Shown here: one piece after another, positions 26,331 through 39,572 of the stretch
Layout of the letters: every line of letters begins with the position of its first letter
How positions within the stretch are numbered: position 1 is the stretch's first letter
DNA from: Oikopleura dioica
Taxonomy: Eukaryota; Animalia; Chordata
Reading direction: 5' to 3'
Assembly (NCBI GenBank): GCA_907165135.1
Contig: OU015570.1
Span: forward strand, 2,315,929 to 2,379,928
Length of the DNA stretch: 64,000 bases
The notes under the pieces: generated by a model
The model's input: the letters and a program-made list of their open reading frames with translations, nothing else
What the model was told of the DNA's origin: nothing
Databases searched by the model: none
Program-made: the position numbers and the translations under genes

Positions 26331-29300
26331 CGCACGTGCCATTTCCGTTCTCTAATTGCTCCGTTGAACACGTGTAGCCACTTCTAACAAATTTTCAAAC
26401 AATGACCGTATTCCGTGAAATTTCAACAAGCAAAAGATCAGTTTAAATATCAGATGAGTTCAAAGAAAAGGCGAAATCGCTCTTGCCTGGCGCAGGAAAA
26501 GTACGAACAACTTGCTGACGAGTTCGTCGAAGGATTTATGAAAGCTTTCTGATTCGTGGAAGAACTTTCACTGCCACTTTCTTCAGTCCTTCATCTGCCA
26601 CTCATTTTTCACAAAAATATATTTATCGAATATTTATGCTAAAACACGTGTCGTTTTCTTCCTTGATTTCGCAGAGCATGCAGAACTACGCTAGATCAAA
26701 GTTGTTATCAATATCTCCCAGAGGCTAAAGCCGAAATAAAGTTGGTAGAAATCTCTAAAAGATGATCTATAATGACGATTGCTTGCAGATGCTGAGTGGA
26801 ATTTTCAGTAGTTCGATCTCTATCGCGGATTGAACCATCTGTGGTTCAATCTGTTGGAACAATCTGATGGCTCGTTCCGCGCTATTTATTATCGATCGAT
26901 CAACCGAAAATTTCACTCAGAATAAAAATCAGAGCAAAACACAGAAGATTTTCTTCTTTTTCTCTTTTTCTACGATGTTGACCTATGGTGAGTTCAAAAT
27001 TTTGTAAATAGATAGGGGTTATTAGAAGGGGTAGGATAGGATTAATGTAGGAAGCGAATGCCCTCAACAAGGAAGTCCCTCGAGACATTGGACAGGAGAA
27101 AAGCTTACTTACGTAAAAATATAAGGGGTTAAAATTTTGTAGCGGTTAGCTGTCACGAATGCAATCGAAGTGATCATTTTAGATAGAAAGATTGGAAAGT
27201 GCTGTTGACAAAATAGATTAGTTTTTGAAAATTGTAATTATTGACTCACATTAATTTTTGTTTAGAGCATCTCAAAAATAAGAGGATGAACCGATACTTG
27301 AAGAAGCAAAAGATGAAAAACTTGCCTGTGGATATCGCCCTCGATGAGGATTTTCGTCGCGTTTGGGAAATCGCGGAAACGTTTCAACTCCGAAACTCTG
27401 ACCTATTTGAGGAGAAAATCAATGATACTGAGTAAGTTTTCTGCCAGTAAAAATGAGTTACAAAATCTTTAAGGCTTAGAAAATTCATCGGAAAGTCACA
27501 ACGAAATCTCGGTAGATCAGTCATCCTCATGGTAGAATTCTTCGGTCGAGTTCCAAATGCAAAAAACGCCAGAAATTTTCAACAACTGATTGAAACGTAA
27601 GTCATGAATACATCGAGCAGAGCAGGATGGCAGATCTACCGAGATTTCGTTGTGGCTTTCCGATAAATTTTACTAGCAGAAAACTCACTCAGCATCATTG
27701 ATTTCCTCCTCAAATAGGTCAGAGTTTTGGAGTTGAAACGTCTTTTTTTTCTTTCTTTTTCTTCTTTATTTTGTAAAATAAAAATAAAATCGGTTTCTTC
27801 GGAAGATTCGCATTAATGATCTGCAGAATACAATTAATCACCAGCAAAACTTGAGCATAAAAATGGCCAACGAAGCGAGCATCTCCTCCATGATAAAAAT
27901 AAGATTGAACTCTGTGAATATTATGCCGTCCGTTTATCGCCACAGTATTTTGGTTCGAGACCGAAATCTATTATTTTCGAGTAAGGTGAACACGGTGAAC
28001 GCGAATTTGCGCGAAATTGGCTTCGCCCCGCGAGTCGAAAGAGGACTGAAAAAGAAAAAAGTGACTTCATTATCTCACTCTCTCTAACATGGGTCAATTT
28101 GATTTTATTTTTCTTGGCAGAATTTCGCTGAGAAGATGAGGCTCAAAATTTTCGTCATTTTTTGCCGAGTTGTAGGTTCCCAACTTTTTTTCAAACTTGC
28201 AGTCTTCAAATTTAATATTTGCATAGACTTGAACTGTTCTTCTGAGTTCACTTTGAGTTGCTAAGTCTTTTGAAATTAGACAAATACGCATCGGCGGATG
28301 GTCATCTCATGGCAAGTTTTATTCTGTGTTCTTCGTGGTTTTGGCAGTGAAATTGAATTTTGTAAAATATATTTGTAAAGGCTATCTTTTGATGAGTTTT
28401 GAAAAGGCTTTCTCGAAGGAGTAGTTAACGTTTTTTCGCTTTTTTCGCGCTGCAGAATTTGTAGATCTTGTCGATTTTATCCTTCATGGCTTTGAGTAAT
28501 TTCACTTGATCGTTGATATTCATCAGCTAAAAATGGAATTGAAACTAAGGCGTTAAGAGTGAAAAAGGAAGGGAATGTCAGAAGACCAATAAGAGAGCGG
28601 TATCGCTTCCCCGAGCAAATAAGAAGCCAGAACCGTGTAAGAATCTCCCGCCGCTTTTTTTTCCGACCTTTCGTCCTCTCTTGCTTTGAAAGCTTAGAAA
28701 ACCAGAATTGAAAAATTACCTTCTCAAAAAAAGTCTGATTAGCGGGGGCGGTCCCTGCTCATACATCTTCTTCTGCCGTTTAAAAGCCTTTTTTCGTAGA
28801 GACGCCATATTCCCGTATCTTTTCTGAGCTCAAAATCTTCCAAAATCTGAACGAAAAATCTTGTCTTCTTCCTTCAAATAACGCTGATAATGAGTTTGAT
28901 GATTGAATATTTCAACGTCACCATCAACTTTTTATAATTGCTTTGGAAACAGCTCCTATCTTGTTCGACCAATTTATTACTGCGGTCAATTTATTCTTGA
29001 GAGCATAATAAACAGAATCGATACAAAGGGCTGTTACTCTATTTCAGCCAGAAATCGCAGAGCACACTTTCCTACGACATTCCGTTTTTGAAATTTGCGT
29101 ACAAATCACTCTACAAGGATACTAATCGTGCTTGAATATTTTCCTTCAGCCTGATTAAACCGACTTCCAAAAATGAAACCGTCAAATCGTGCATCGACCT
29201 ATCTCTTTATTTCGAATTGAAAATTTCCGGCCGAATAGATCGCTCTATCAATTCTATCGTTCTTTTGTTGATTTTCTTGATTTGAATCATGGGATAAACG

Positions 29301-29629
29301 TTTGCAAGATCTGAAAACTTTTATGAAGCTAATACGGCTCTATTATTATTGATTATCTAGGCAATGAGCAATGGTCTGATCAAATTGGAAAGAGTCGTCG
29401 CCAAATGCGCTAGAAGCACAGTACATCAAGCTAGCTTTGAGTTTACAGTCGGATGATTGCAGAGAGCAAGCACGTTTTATAAAAAGCTTAGTCGCAGCAA
29501 AAATAGAGTTTTTTTTGCTGGAATATAATGCGATAACAGGCATCATGTGACTGGACGACAGGGAGAAGCTCACTTTAAGAATTCGGTTAATCTTTAATTA
29601 CAACTGTAATATTAGCGTTCGCCAAATCC

Positions 29630-30070
29630 TTCCTCCGATTCCAGAAAACCCTGCTCAAGAAGAAAACGCTCCCGTAGTCGAAAATGATCCCGTAGTAGAA
29701 AACGCTCCCGTAGTCGAAAGAGATCTCGAAGCAGAAACCGTTCCCGAAGGCGAAAACGCTCCCGTAGTCGAAAGAGATCTCGTAGCAGAAAGCGTTCCCG
29801 AAGCCGCCAGCGTTCCCGAAGGCGAAAACACTCCCGTTGTCGAAAGAGATCTCGTAGCAGAAAGCGTTCCCGAAGCCGCCAGCGTTCGCGAAGGCGAAAA
29901 TGAAGACGAAGATGCTCTCGACTTTACGTCTGCTCCCGATATTTTCAATTCAACCTTGCTAACCGCTGGAAACACGCCAATCTTTCTCCCGGACATGACT
30001 TTTCTTGATTCTCGCATCCATCCTTCTCCCTCCGGATGGAGCGTTACTGTCGACTGGGATCCCGAAAGGG
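29630..30070 (+). CDS. Exon of an acidic low-complexity protein with ENAPVVERDL/AESVPEAAS repeats
   Basis: The plus-strand frame is open across degenerate 24-63 nt tandem repeats and ends DWDPER|gtaaaa. The rest of the gene is not resolved. Confidence 0.45.
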
Positions 30071-33000
30071 TAAAAACCCTGTGCCGCGAGCTCGTAAGAT
30101 ATTTTTATTTTTGCCATTTTGGAAGGGTTTCTAATCGATTTTTCTCGTTTGGCAATATTTCTCAAAAGGACAAATTTCTCCAGAAAAATCATGAGACCCT
30201 TTCATTCGTCAGTATAAATTTTATAAAATATTGACGGGCCTCTTAGCTTGCATACCCGAGATTTCAAAGAAGGGTCACTAAATTGGAGCAGCCGCGTAAC
30301 TTGCAGAGCGAGCTTGAATCAAAACCTCTTGATGCGAACTACGATGTTGGCCGTTGTGGCTTGCTTTTTGACTTGAGCCTCTCGCGAGGAGAGCGAATTG
30401 GAGATCCGCGAGTAATTATAAAACTCACAAAATCATTCATCATTTTCACATGTCATTTTCACGTCCAAACTTTTTTGGTTTTGCATTTGAAGCGAATGAT
30501 TTGATTCCTGACGCGATTCCTAAAGACAAAACTCAGTAAAGCGACACTAATCGTGACAGTATAAAAGATATCACTTTGCTTCCAACTGACAAGTTAATTC
30601 GAATAAGAAAGTTGCATACTTTCCATTACCGCTCGCCACAGAATTTTTACTGTTATTTTATCAGTAAATTAGGTATTGCACATTTTGATGGAGCAAGTTT
30701 GCTTGAAAAGTGGGAAGGCTTATTTGTACTCGTCAATGGCGGAAGAGGCGACAGCTTCGGCGGAAAGCTGTGACGAGAATTTTAAGATCTTCCTTGAAAA
30801 ACTCATCGACGATAAACTCGACGATACCAATGCTTGCATCATGAATCCGCGGGATATCAAAAAACGATTCAAACTCAGGGGAGGGGTTAATATCATATCT
30901 CGATTAGTCCTTTGGGCGCGCTTTTTTTGACTCGAAGCCGCAAGCGGCTTCTCGATTTTTGACAGTAATATTACTTCAGAAACAATTTTATTTCAAGCGA
31001 AAATCAGCTAGTCAGAAATAAGAAATGCGAAAATGAAATCAAGGAAGATTACCAGGTCGAACATCGAGTTTCCGACGAGATTATGAACTGCGTTTATCTT
31101 CTCTTTTGTTCTTTTTTCAAGGTTGACTTTTGAAGGTCAAACCCGTCGCTAGAATGTCATACTTTTCCTGTACGGATCAAAGGCTAAAAAGTTCTAAAAA
31201 TCTCTGCTAAAAGAGAGGAAAAAATGTAAAATTGTCAATCTGAGTTTTAAATTTCGCACGGTTAGTTAAGCGATCTTCGCGCATGTTTTCCGCGCTGCTT
31301 TAATCTGTCACAAGGGACTTTTGAGCTTGGTCAAATGCTCAAATGCTCTTTGAAATTTCTGCTTGGGTGAAGATTTTTTTCATTAATTCTAAATATCTGT
31401 AAATGATCAGCAAAGTAAGACCTTAAAACCCTTTTTTTTGAAAAGACAAGCCCCGAGATCAAATAATGATTGATAAACTAAAATCAATCCAAGAAGAAAT
31501 TGGCCTTGTGCCGATTACGGCACATATGTTTAAAAGTACTTCAAGGTGGTACAGTTTGGACTCGTGCCTTGTGTGGCGGCGGGATGGAAAGCGAAAAAGA
31601 AGTTGCGACAACAAGCTCGTGTGTAGCGACTTTCGGACCATGAAACTGGAAGCCCTTCAATATTGGACTGGTTTTATTTTTTTGAATTTTCGGTCGTGAT
31701 AAAATTTTCGAAAGAACTCATTTTTATGTGGGTGGGGGTTAAGGGGCTGCTAGATATGAAAAAAGAGTCCTTCAAAAAGGGATTCTCTTGCCGAAAATAA
31801 TTTGTGCGGATCAGTATTCCATAATCGTACAATTCCAGAGGATACGACAGTCGGAGCTGAATCCGAAGGCGGGAGCCGCAATTGATCCCTTTTCTGAGAC
31901 TTTACCTGGACATCAGGTTTCAGCAAAGTGTCCAGGCAGAGCCTCGGATCAGGGATCAATTGCTATTTTCCGTCTTAGATGAAGACTAAACAACTTTTCT
32001 CCAGCAACTCTTTCTAGCACCTCTTTTAACTTCTCTTCTATTGGCGTAAAATATGTTTTACTGTGTTTTTTCTTCGTTTTTCTCTCATTTCGAAATCTCG
32101 TTTTCAAAAATCTTTTAATAGTAATCATAAAATAAACAAAAATATATCGCGACATTCTGTTATTGCAGCTGAAAGTTGCATCAATCAAACAAAGGCAGAG
32201 CAAATTTATTGAAAACAACTATTTCAGCACCGTTATCTTTATTGATATTGAAGATCTGGCAGGTTGATTTCTTTATCATTACAGAAGAGTCGAATTTATT
32301 TTATGTGATTGCTTCAGCAGCTCGTTAGCCGAGAAGAGTGTCATGGAGAGTTTATTTAGATTCCGCCTGAAAAACAACTTAAATCGAAAGCTTTGAAGTG
32401 ATTACCCGCAGTTTTTGTCACGATAATGGTGAAAATCAAGAACGATCTTAGCATTCCAAAATAGTTGTTCATCACATATCTCTCGTTGAAATCATTCAGG
32501 CCAAGAAAAGTCTTGGCTGGTCCGATGCTTAAGACCATGATAAATTATGAAAAGCAGTCAAAATTATTTCATCAGATGTTTCTCTTCGAACTGGTCGGCT
32601 TTTGATTCTGGGCGAGATTTAGGGATTCTTTCTAGTTGGATTTTTATCATTTTTCTTCGACTTGACGGCTTTATCGAGAACGTTTTTCACCGAGTTTACT
32701 TGGTTCATCAGATTGTTTTTAAAGCTGGTATAGTTGTTTGTGGTCTTTCTTCTCGTTGAATTTTGAATTCACATTAGCGGAAAATGATGACGCTTCTTCT
32801 AATCTATTCAGCTTTTTGCCGCAATAAATTGATATTTGATAATGTCTCCGTGTCACGCTGCACGAATTCTACAGATCTCTCTGCGATTATGTGCAAAACA
32901 TGCTTGGCGATGCGGATTATCTCATGTTCTATTGGGTTGATTATATTAGCGATTCTAAAAACAACCAGTTTTTAACCAGGAAAAACAAAAAAGATAAATA

Positions 33001-35850
33001 TACTGATTACTTATCTTCTGTTCTATTCGTTTTTGCGCAAGCGTATCTTTCCAGCAAAGCTGGCACTTTTGTATCGTCATTGAAAACGTCGCCCCATCAA
33101 AGATTTTGGCTGAGGTCATTTTCCGTTCCCAGAGGTAGAACTTGCGTCTTTAACTTTGGTTTCAGCACGAGGTTTTTTCCAGTGGTTTTGGAGTAAGTCC
33201 TAACCGACCCATTATGTCAAGCACCAAGCTTATACTTTCATCGCTTCCGCAGAACTTGGAAATTGTCAAATCTCTGGAAAACATTAAGTCCGGGCAGCGG
33301 TCCAGCGCGCATCGAATCATAAACTTGTCCCGGATTAAGATACTGTCTGAATCTTCGCAGAAATTGAACACCTAAGAATCAATCAACTTCGGCGGTTGAT
33401 ACGGTGACGGAAAACAAAATTCACAAGGAGTTATTGAAGGCTGTGGTGTTTGATGATTGCTCATAGTTTGTCGACCATTATTCACTCACATAAAATTTTG
33501 GTCATCGACGAAGAAAAGATTCATGAAGAAGGTACGCATTCTGAGCTAATGAAGCTGCAAAACGATGTATCAACTGTCAGGTCTTTCCCGATCCTCTTCT
33601 TCTTTATCTCTACTTCTTGATTTTCCTCCAATTTGATTTTCCTTTCCCGTCTTTTTATAAATCGAGCGCGAAAATCATTTTTACAGCTCAAGTTCTGATC
33701 GATCAAGCTTTGATTTGAGAAGATTCAGCAAAATAAGCACAAATGGAAGCGAAAACGTCAAAAAATTTTTGATAAGAATAAAGCTTTGAGCTCAAATTTG
33801 TGGCAAATAAATATCCAAAATTTCTTCAAAAGATAAAAAAAAGATTTTTCTACCAGCAGCTTTCCAACAAATCTCTCGGTAAGTTCTTCCACCAAATAAG
33901 TTTTGGCGGGGCGTGGATCGAGCGAGCAGCACCGCGTCGATGCAAATTTGAAAACACCATAATTTTTTGCGTGAAAAGAACGCATGGAATTTTTATTTTT
34001 CTTCATTCTTTTGAAATAAAATTACTTTCCAAAGTATGTTAAAGTATCCAAAGTTATTCAACTTTACTTAGTTTATCATGTCAAAAAACGATACTACCGA
34101 AACCAAAAACTTAAAAATTTTCTTTCTCAATTCAAAAACAGAAGAATATTCTGAGTTTGGACCGCACGAGCGCTCAAATTCAAAGGGGCAAGACAGGAAA
34201 TATCGACGAAAAGCTCGAATTTGCTTTCTCTTTCGCAAATCTTACGATTCAAGGCCAATTTCGAGAAGTGACAGTCTTTTCGGAAATTCTTGAATAGGTT
34301 AGGAAACAACCGTATTTTATGAATAATTCGATGCTCCATAAATGGTATAAATACCATCATTTTATTGTCCCATTTGCAAAATATTAAACACAACAACGGC
34401 TCCCTTTCATAATAAAAACCGTCTCGCCATAAAAAAGAACTGCTATTTATTCAGATAGTCGCAGTGATTTGTAGAAAAGTATCGAATTTTTTTCGGAACA
34501 TGCATTTGCTTGAACATGATTTTACTGATGAGTATTTTGCGTTTATGACTGTTGAGCTTGTTTGGCTTTGTATTCGTCTGTTGTTTGATAGAATTTGGCC
34601 GACCAGTCAGCCCGAGTGTGAGATTGACGGAAAATGAAACTTAGATGATCACCATTGAGTAACGGCTCCAAATTTAGCCAGTGGCGGTGAGAGAAGCGGA
34701 TTGATTCAGTGACAGTTTTTCAGGGTGTTATGAATAGTTCTTAATATAAAGCTTTAGCGCTAGCGCGGTAAACTGTGTAAAAACCTGTGTCAGGTTCTGA
34801 AAAATAATATTTTCTGGCAAAGATCTTTTAGACCCTGACTCAGGTTACCTTACCGAACCCAGATCCAAGTATCACCTGAAATAATCATCGATTCCGGCAA
34901 GGCTCCATTTCAACGTAGGCGCCCAGAAAAAGATTGTCTTTGGCCCAGCAGAATTATCTGAAAAATCGACATAAAATCAACAACGAATCAGGCATGCATG
35001 CACATGTATGTCTAGTTACTCAAATGATGAAGACGAGAAATTGTTGTTCAATGACTTTTCCAGTCTGACTAACCAAGCCATATTTTTTGAGAGACAGACA
35101 GAAACCTTCTCATGGCGAAATTTGCGAACCGATTCCACATTCTTTTCTGAAAGAGAAAATCCTAGCTTGAGAAATTTTGATTTCAAAATTTAAAAAATAA
35201 CAACAAGATCAATTTAACTCAGGGGGAGGGTTTGATCGCTTTAGAAGAATCAGACACTTCTGAAAAAATTATTTCAGGGGGTTGATCAATAAGGGTTTTT
35301 TTGCATCCGAAAATGCTTTTTTGATGCTTATGCAGTTATTTTTCAGTCTATTTATTCAGTCTATTTTTGCAACAACGACATTTTTAAGCTAGAAATTAGC
35401 CGACTTTTCATTGAGCTATTCAAAAACGCCTCTGACAGATTAAAGATCTAAGATAGTTTAATTTTTAGAGGCCGTATGATACCCGCTATCCATGCCATGT
35501 TAAGGGTTATTCAAGGTTAAAGTTGGGGAAATCGAAGGTAGTACCCTTAAGGTCAATTTATTCAGCAAAATTATCTACATAAAAAATTTGGATCAGTTAA
35601 GGTGATCATAATGATTTCCATATTTGTAAAATTTTTTAACTTATCGTTGCGACACCCTTAAAAGCTTCCTATCCTTCAGGTGCCCCCTGGGCTGCAAAAC
35701 AATCAAAATTATTTCAAAAATCTTTAGGGGATCAGCCCGATATCCGTGTTTTATAATCACATGACGGAGGGGTCCTTGATGGAAAATGTAATTTTCTATT
35801 CAAAACCCCCGAGAGATTTTTTCTGGCCATAAATAGGGTGCCGACCTTCC

Positions 35851-36165
35851 TTGGTTATCAAAATGCGAGAAATTCGAGTTATCATCGAGTCCTGTAAGAA
35901 TTGTCGAAAAAGACAAAAATGCAAGACTTGCAACAATCCTTTACGATGCGTTACTTGTCAAAAAGTTAAGAAACCAAAGCGCGACATGTTTGAGGAGAAA
36001 CTCTACAAAAATCAAAACGGAGCCGTTTTTATCGAAGCCATGCAAGAAAATATCAACTGTTTATTATGTAAAGAAGAAATTGTTTTTGGCTCAGTCAACG
36101 TTGCAAATATGATTGACTTTCACCCTGCTTGTTATGACATATTATACTCTCATTTCATGAATTAA
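35851..36165 (+). CDS. Cys-rich zinc-binding protein (three CxxC pairs plus CxxC...FHxxC)
   Basis: CKNC, CKTC, CVTC, then CLLC...DFHPACY. Confidence 0.55.
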   Translation: MVIKMREIRVIIESCKNCRKRQKCKTCNNPLRCVTCQKVKKPKRDMFEEKLYKNQNGAVFIEAMQENINCLLCKEEIVFGSVNVANMIDFHPACYDILYSHFMN

Positions 36166-36168
36166 ACT

Positions 36169-36630
36169 TTATTCCAGATTCAAATCAATTGGTGGAGAAA
36201 AAACTTTTTCGGAAAATAAACGTTCAAGATCGTCAGTCAGCTTCCCTTCAAGTGCAATTTTTCTAAGAATTTTCGACCGGAGAGCACAATTTTTACTCGA
36301 GCATATTCTTGTCCCGCACCGATTAGTGTAAATTGTTTCCCACCAAAAACCAACTTCACAAAAGCTTCTGTTATTGTATTTTGCGCGGCGTGCAGCATCC
36401 AAACTAAATTTTCGGTCGACTTTGATCATGACAACACCATCGTTTTTTCCTTTCAATCGAAATAGAGCTTTGAAATCCTCTCTTTTCTCAACGTCGAATG
36501 CATTCATATTATATTCCCATTTGATAAGGTTAAGCAAATATTTCTTTCTGAAGCAATTCGCATGAAATTTACATTCAGTGCGAAAAACATTGTAAGGAAA
36601 AATCATTTCTGCGATTTTCTCGGGCTCCAC
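36169..36630 (-). CDS. Hypothetical 153-aa protein
   Basis: ORF track (GTG start); Cys-containing; no family recognised. Confidence 0.45.
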   Translation of the reverse strand: MEPEKIAEMIFPYNVFRTECKFHANCFRKKYLLNLIKWEYNMNAFDVEKREDFKALFRLKGKNDGVVMIKVDRKFSLDAARRAKYNNRSFCEVGFWWETIYTNRCGTRICSSKNCALRSKILRKIALEGKLTDDLERLFSEKVFSPPIDLNLE

Positions 36631-36752
36631 GCCCCTTTTATCCCTTTCTGTTTTCCCTGCAGCGATGAGTCAAAAGGAAAATGACTCATTCTTTCATATA
36701 TAAAAGAGGTCAAGCTGCTTGCACTCTCAGATTATAAAATGAAACAAAAGAT

Positions 36753-37094
36753 TTATTTGCTTTTGCGGTACTTTTTGCTTAATAATGAGTTTTGAAACCT
36801 GCTGAAATAAACTCTTGACGAAATTTGAGGTTTATATTTTATTTTTTTGAAGATCGTGCAAATATAAATAAGCGATAAAGACAGCGGTAAAAGGACAATG
36901 TGTGCGTAATTGAAAATAAACAATATCGATAAAGGCAGTGTAAAATAGGCGAGTTGCTGAAAATAATCTTGTATGTACAAATAAAAGGCAAAAAATAGAA
37001 CGACGAAATAAAGAGTCGATGGAAGCGGTGGAAACTTAGATGAGGTCGAAATTGATGCGGTTATGGTAATCGTAGTATCTGAAGGCTCGCTCAT
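36753..37094 (-). CDS. Small two-TM membrane protein overlapping the upstream gene
   Basis: Two hydrophobic stretches LYFVVLFFAFYLYI and LPLSILFIFNYAHIVLLPLSLSLIYI, and a basic tail. Confidence 0.45.
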   Translation of the reverse strand: MSEPSDTTITITASISTSSKFPPLPSTLYFVVLFFAFYLYIQDYFQQLAYFTLPLSILFIFNYAHIVLLPLSLSLIYICTIFKKIKYKPQISSRVYFSRFQNSLLSKKYRKSK

Positions 37095-38030
37095 CCTTGT
37101 CCATAAAAATTTGGCAACTGAAATCGTCAGTGTTCGGAGTGGCCCAAAGGACGATGCCGTTGATCACAACAACCCTTACGCCATTGACGCGGGTCAGAGC
37201 CGCCGAGACCTCACGGCCGTTGATTGTAGCTGGCAGCTGAACTGAAATTCCCTAAAAATAAAGGTTATCAATTGAAAAATTGCAGATTTGAAATTACCTC
37301 TGGCGGAAAGCGCATGGTCTCCACACGCACTGCCCCATTGTCAAAGGCACTACCGACGAGTTGAGCTTCGCCTGGCTCAAGCCTGACTCTGTGTGAGTAG
37401 TACACTCTTGACTCGGGGTCTTCGGCCTCGTAGCGCGCCTGATCGTGGAGTTCTGCAGCCCCGTTGACGACATGGAAGGGACCAGTAAGTGGCTCAATCA
37501 TCGGCGCGTTGTTTTCTTCGGCGGGGTCTTCCATTGGAAAGGCGGCTTCTTGCTCCGGCTCCATTCGGGCGGCGGCTTCTTCTTCGTTTTCGGCTGGAGC
37601 GGGGTGGTCTTCTGCGGCGTTGTTTTCGGCGGGAGCAGCTCGGTCGTCTGCGGCGGCGGCATCGTTAGCTTGATCCTGGTCTTCCCTGAAAACATGATTA
37701 TTTAAAGAAACTCAAAGGATGAACTTACATGACGAGCTCAGCAAGATGCTGGAGCTGCAAGTCTTCACGATTAAGAAGCGCCCTCCATTCAGGTGAAAGC
37801 ATCTCGCCTTCAAACCATTCGAATTCCTCGCCTTGTCCGTCCCTAGAAAATTCTCGTCTATATTCTTTTAAAATAAACAAACCTTATCGCAAGCTCATCT
37901 CTTAGCCGTCTCTCTTGTAGCCTAGTCCATCGCTGTCGAATTTGAGTCTCAAAAAGTTGAGGATTCTGCAGGATTGCGTCGATGATATCTCGGTCAACGC
38001 TGCTGATATTCTCGAGGTCGATGAGTGTAT
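37036..38030 (-). CDS. Acidic Ala/Glu/Pro-rich cargo protein, three introns (37843-37882, 37686-37728, 37252-37297), 5' end possibly frameshifted
   Basis: Splicing gives ...DELAIR DGQGEEFEWF...LVM EDQDQANDAAAA...MRFPPE GISVQLPATING...RINFDLI*. Confidence 0.65.
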
Positions 38031-38247
38031 TCATATTTCAAAAAAGATTTATTTCCGTTTTCTGAAAATCATGACCAGAGGGGTGATTTATATCGCGTCG
38101 CAAAGGGCGCCATCATTCGAGCGCGGCGCGGCATTTCAAACGCCGCGCGCAAACATGGATAGTGATAATCTCACCAACTTGCTCAACCAAGATGGATCGT
38201 GATAATCTTACTCACTAGGCCCGAAATCGATATCAAATTTATAGCAA

Positions 38248-38619
38248 TTGAAGATAGAAATGCTAACGGCAGTAAACGGACTATATAAGCCAGCAAGACT
38301 TGCATTGATCATCAAAATGACAATTCTTCGACTCTTCTTAGCTACTTTCTACAAAAAAGCCGGAAAAATCACTGCAACCATAACTTGTTATGATGAAAAC
38401 GGGGTCAGAACAAGATTAAGAGGAGACGTATCGCCATCCGAGTCAATTCAACTTCTCGAAAGCCTCGGTCAAAACATCACTGTTGAAATCCTTGGCGAAA
38501 GCCCGATGAACGAATATGAAAAGAAAAACGGCTACCAGAGCTTCTACGACTTTCGAATTCTACCACGAAAGAGATTATCTGATGAAATGAACGATGCCAA
38601 GAGAATTAAAATTGAATAA
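38248..38619 (+). CDS. Hypothetical 123-aa protein
   Basis: ORF track; no motif recognised. Confidence 0.45.
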   Translation: MKIEMLTAVNGLYKPARLALIIKMTILRLFLATFYKKAGKITATITCYDENGVRTRLRGDVSPSESIQLLESLGQNITVEILGESPMNEYEKKNGYQSFYDFRILPRKRLSDEMNDAKRIKIE

Positions 38620-38769
38620 AGAGTCAAAATTGAGTTTAAAAGTTTTATTAAATCTTTGGCAAGAAAAGTTGAGCAATAGAAAATCGAGCAGAAATTCAAA
38701 ACGTAGTTGTATTTACAGGCTGATTGTGTCGTAGAACGTGTCCTAGAAAAATGTAAGTCGGTTAAAACT

Positions 38770-39572
38770 TTAAACTTACTAACTTCGTTTGGGATCATTG
38801 GGAGGGGAATGTCAACGTCGATTTGGTCAAACGCTGCCTAAAATCATTCAGATGCAAATGGTGGCGAAACTTACTTATTTGTTTCCCTGATCGGAGGGTC
38901 AGGCCTTGATAGTGGTAGGGGTTTTTTGGCGTCTCCTCGACGGCTTCAGCACTTTCCTCTCCGCTTCCACTGTCGTCTCCAGACGAACCGCTTGAGTCGG
39001 GTTGAAAGTCCTCGTCGTTGACGTCGTCATCGTCCGGCTAATCACGTTTAGAAAAGCTTATTAGGAATAGCTTACGTCGTTGACTTTGTAAGCCCGGCCA
39101 CCACAGAGAGCGGCTAATTGGAGAAGGCGACGGAAGGCAGCAGTGCCTGATAATAATAAATTTTCTGGAAAAGATAATCTTACTTGAGCAAAAACGGTAA
39201 AGGATGTAGCAGATAAACCCTCCTTGGGATATCAAGATTGTAATTATTGCAAAATGGGCTTCGCTGAGGGTGATTTTGACCGACGATGATCCATTTTCAA
39301 TTAAAACTGAATATTTGACAAGATGAAGCAGTGATAATCTTACTTTCCGCTTTTGCCGGGCTTGTTGTTGTTGGCTTGGTTGTTGGTGGCTGAGTTGTTG
39401 GCGGCTTCGTTGTTGCAAGGTCGACAGGAACTACAAGATAGAAAAAAACAAAATTCGCGCAAGTACCTTTATCATCTTGGATAACACGAAATCTATCGTC
39501 ATAGATGGGCTGTGAGACGCTCAGAATTCGGCTAGTGATGGAAAAAAAGAGAGTTAATCGCAAAATATTCAT
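38770..39572 (-). CDS. Multi-exon membrane protein: signal-like N-terminus, Thr/Pro mucin-like repeat, TM segment and acidic tail
   Basis: MNILRLTLFFSITSRILSVS; TTKPPTTQPPTTKPTTTSP; AHFAIITILISQGGFICYIL; exon ...RAYKVND|gtaag..tag|PDDDDVNDEDFQPDSSGSSG. The full exon structure and 3' end are not resolved. Confidence 0.5.

Noticed and set aside
26780-26900. SAERAIRLFQQ as a transposase catalytic motif
   Set aside because: A single short match in a stop-ridden frame with no other DDE motifs.
29655-30017. Minus-strand Ser/Thr-rich ORF and other shadow ORFs (37445..37705, 47653..48063, 23872..24189, 22584..22916, 54025..54252)
   Set aside because: They are antisense or alternate-frame shadows of better-supported coding sequence.
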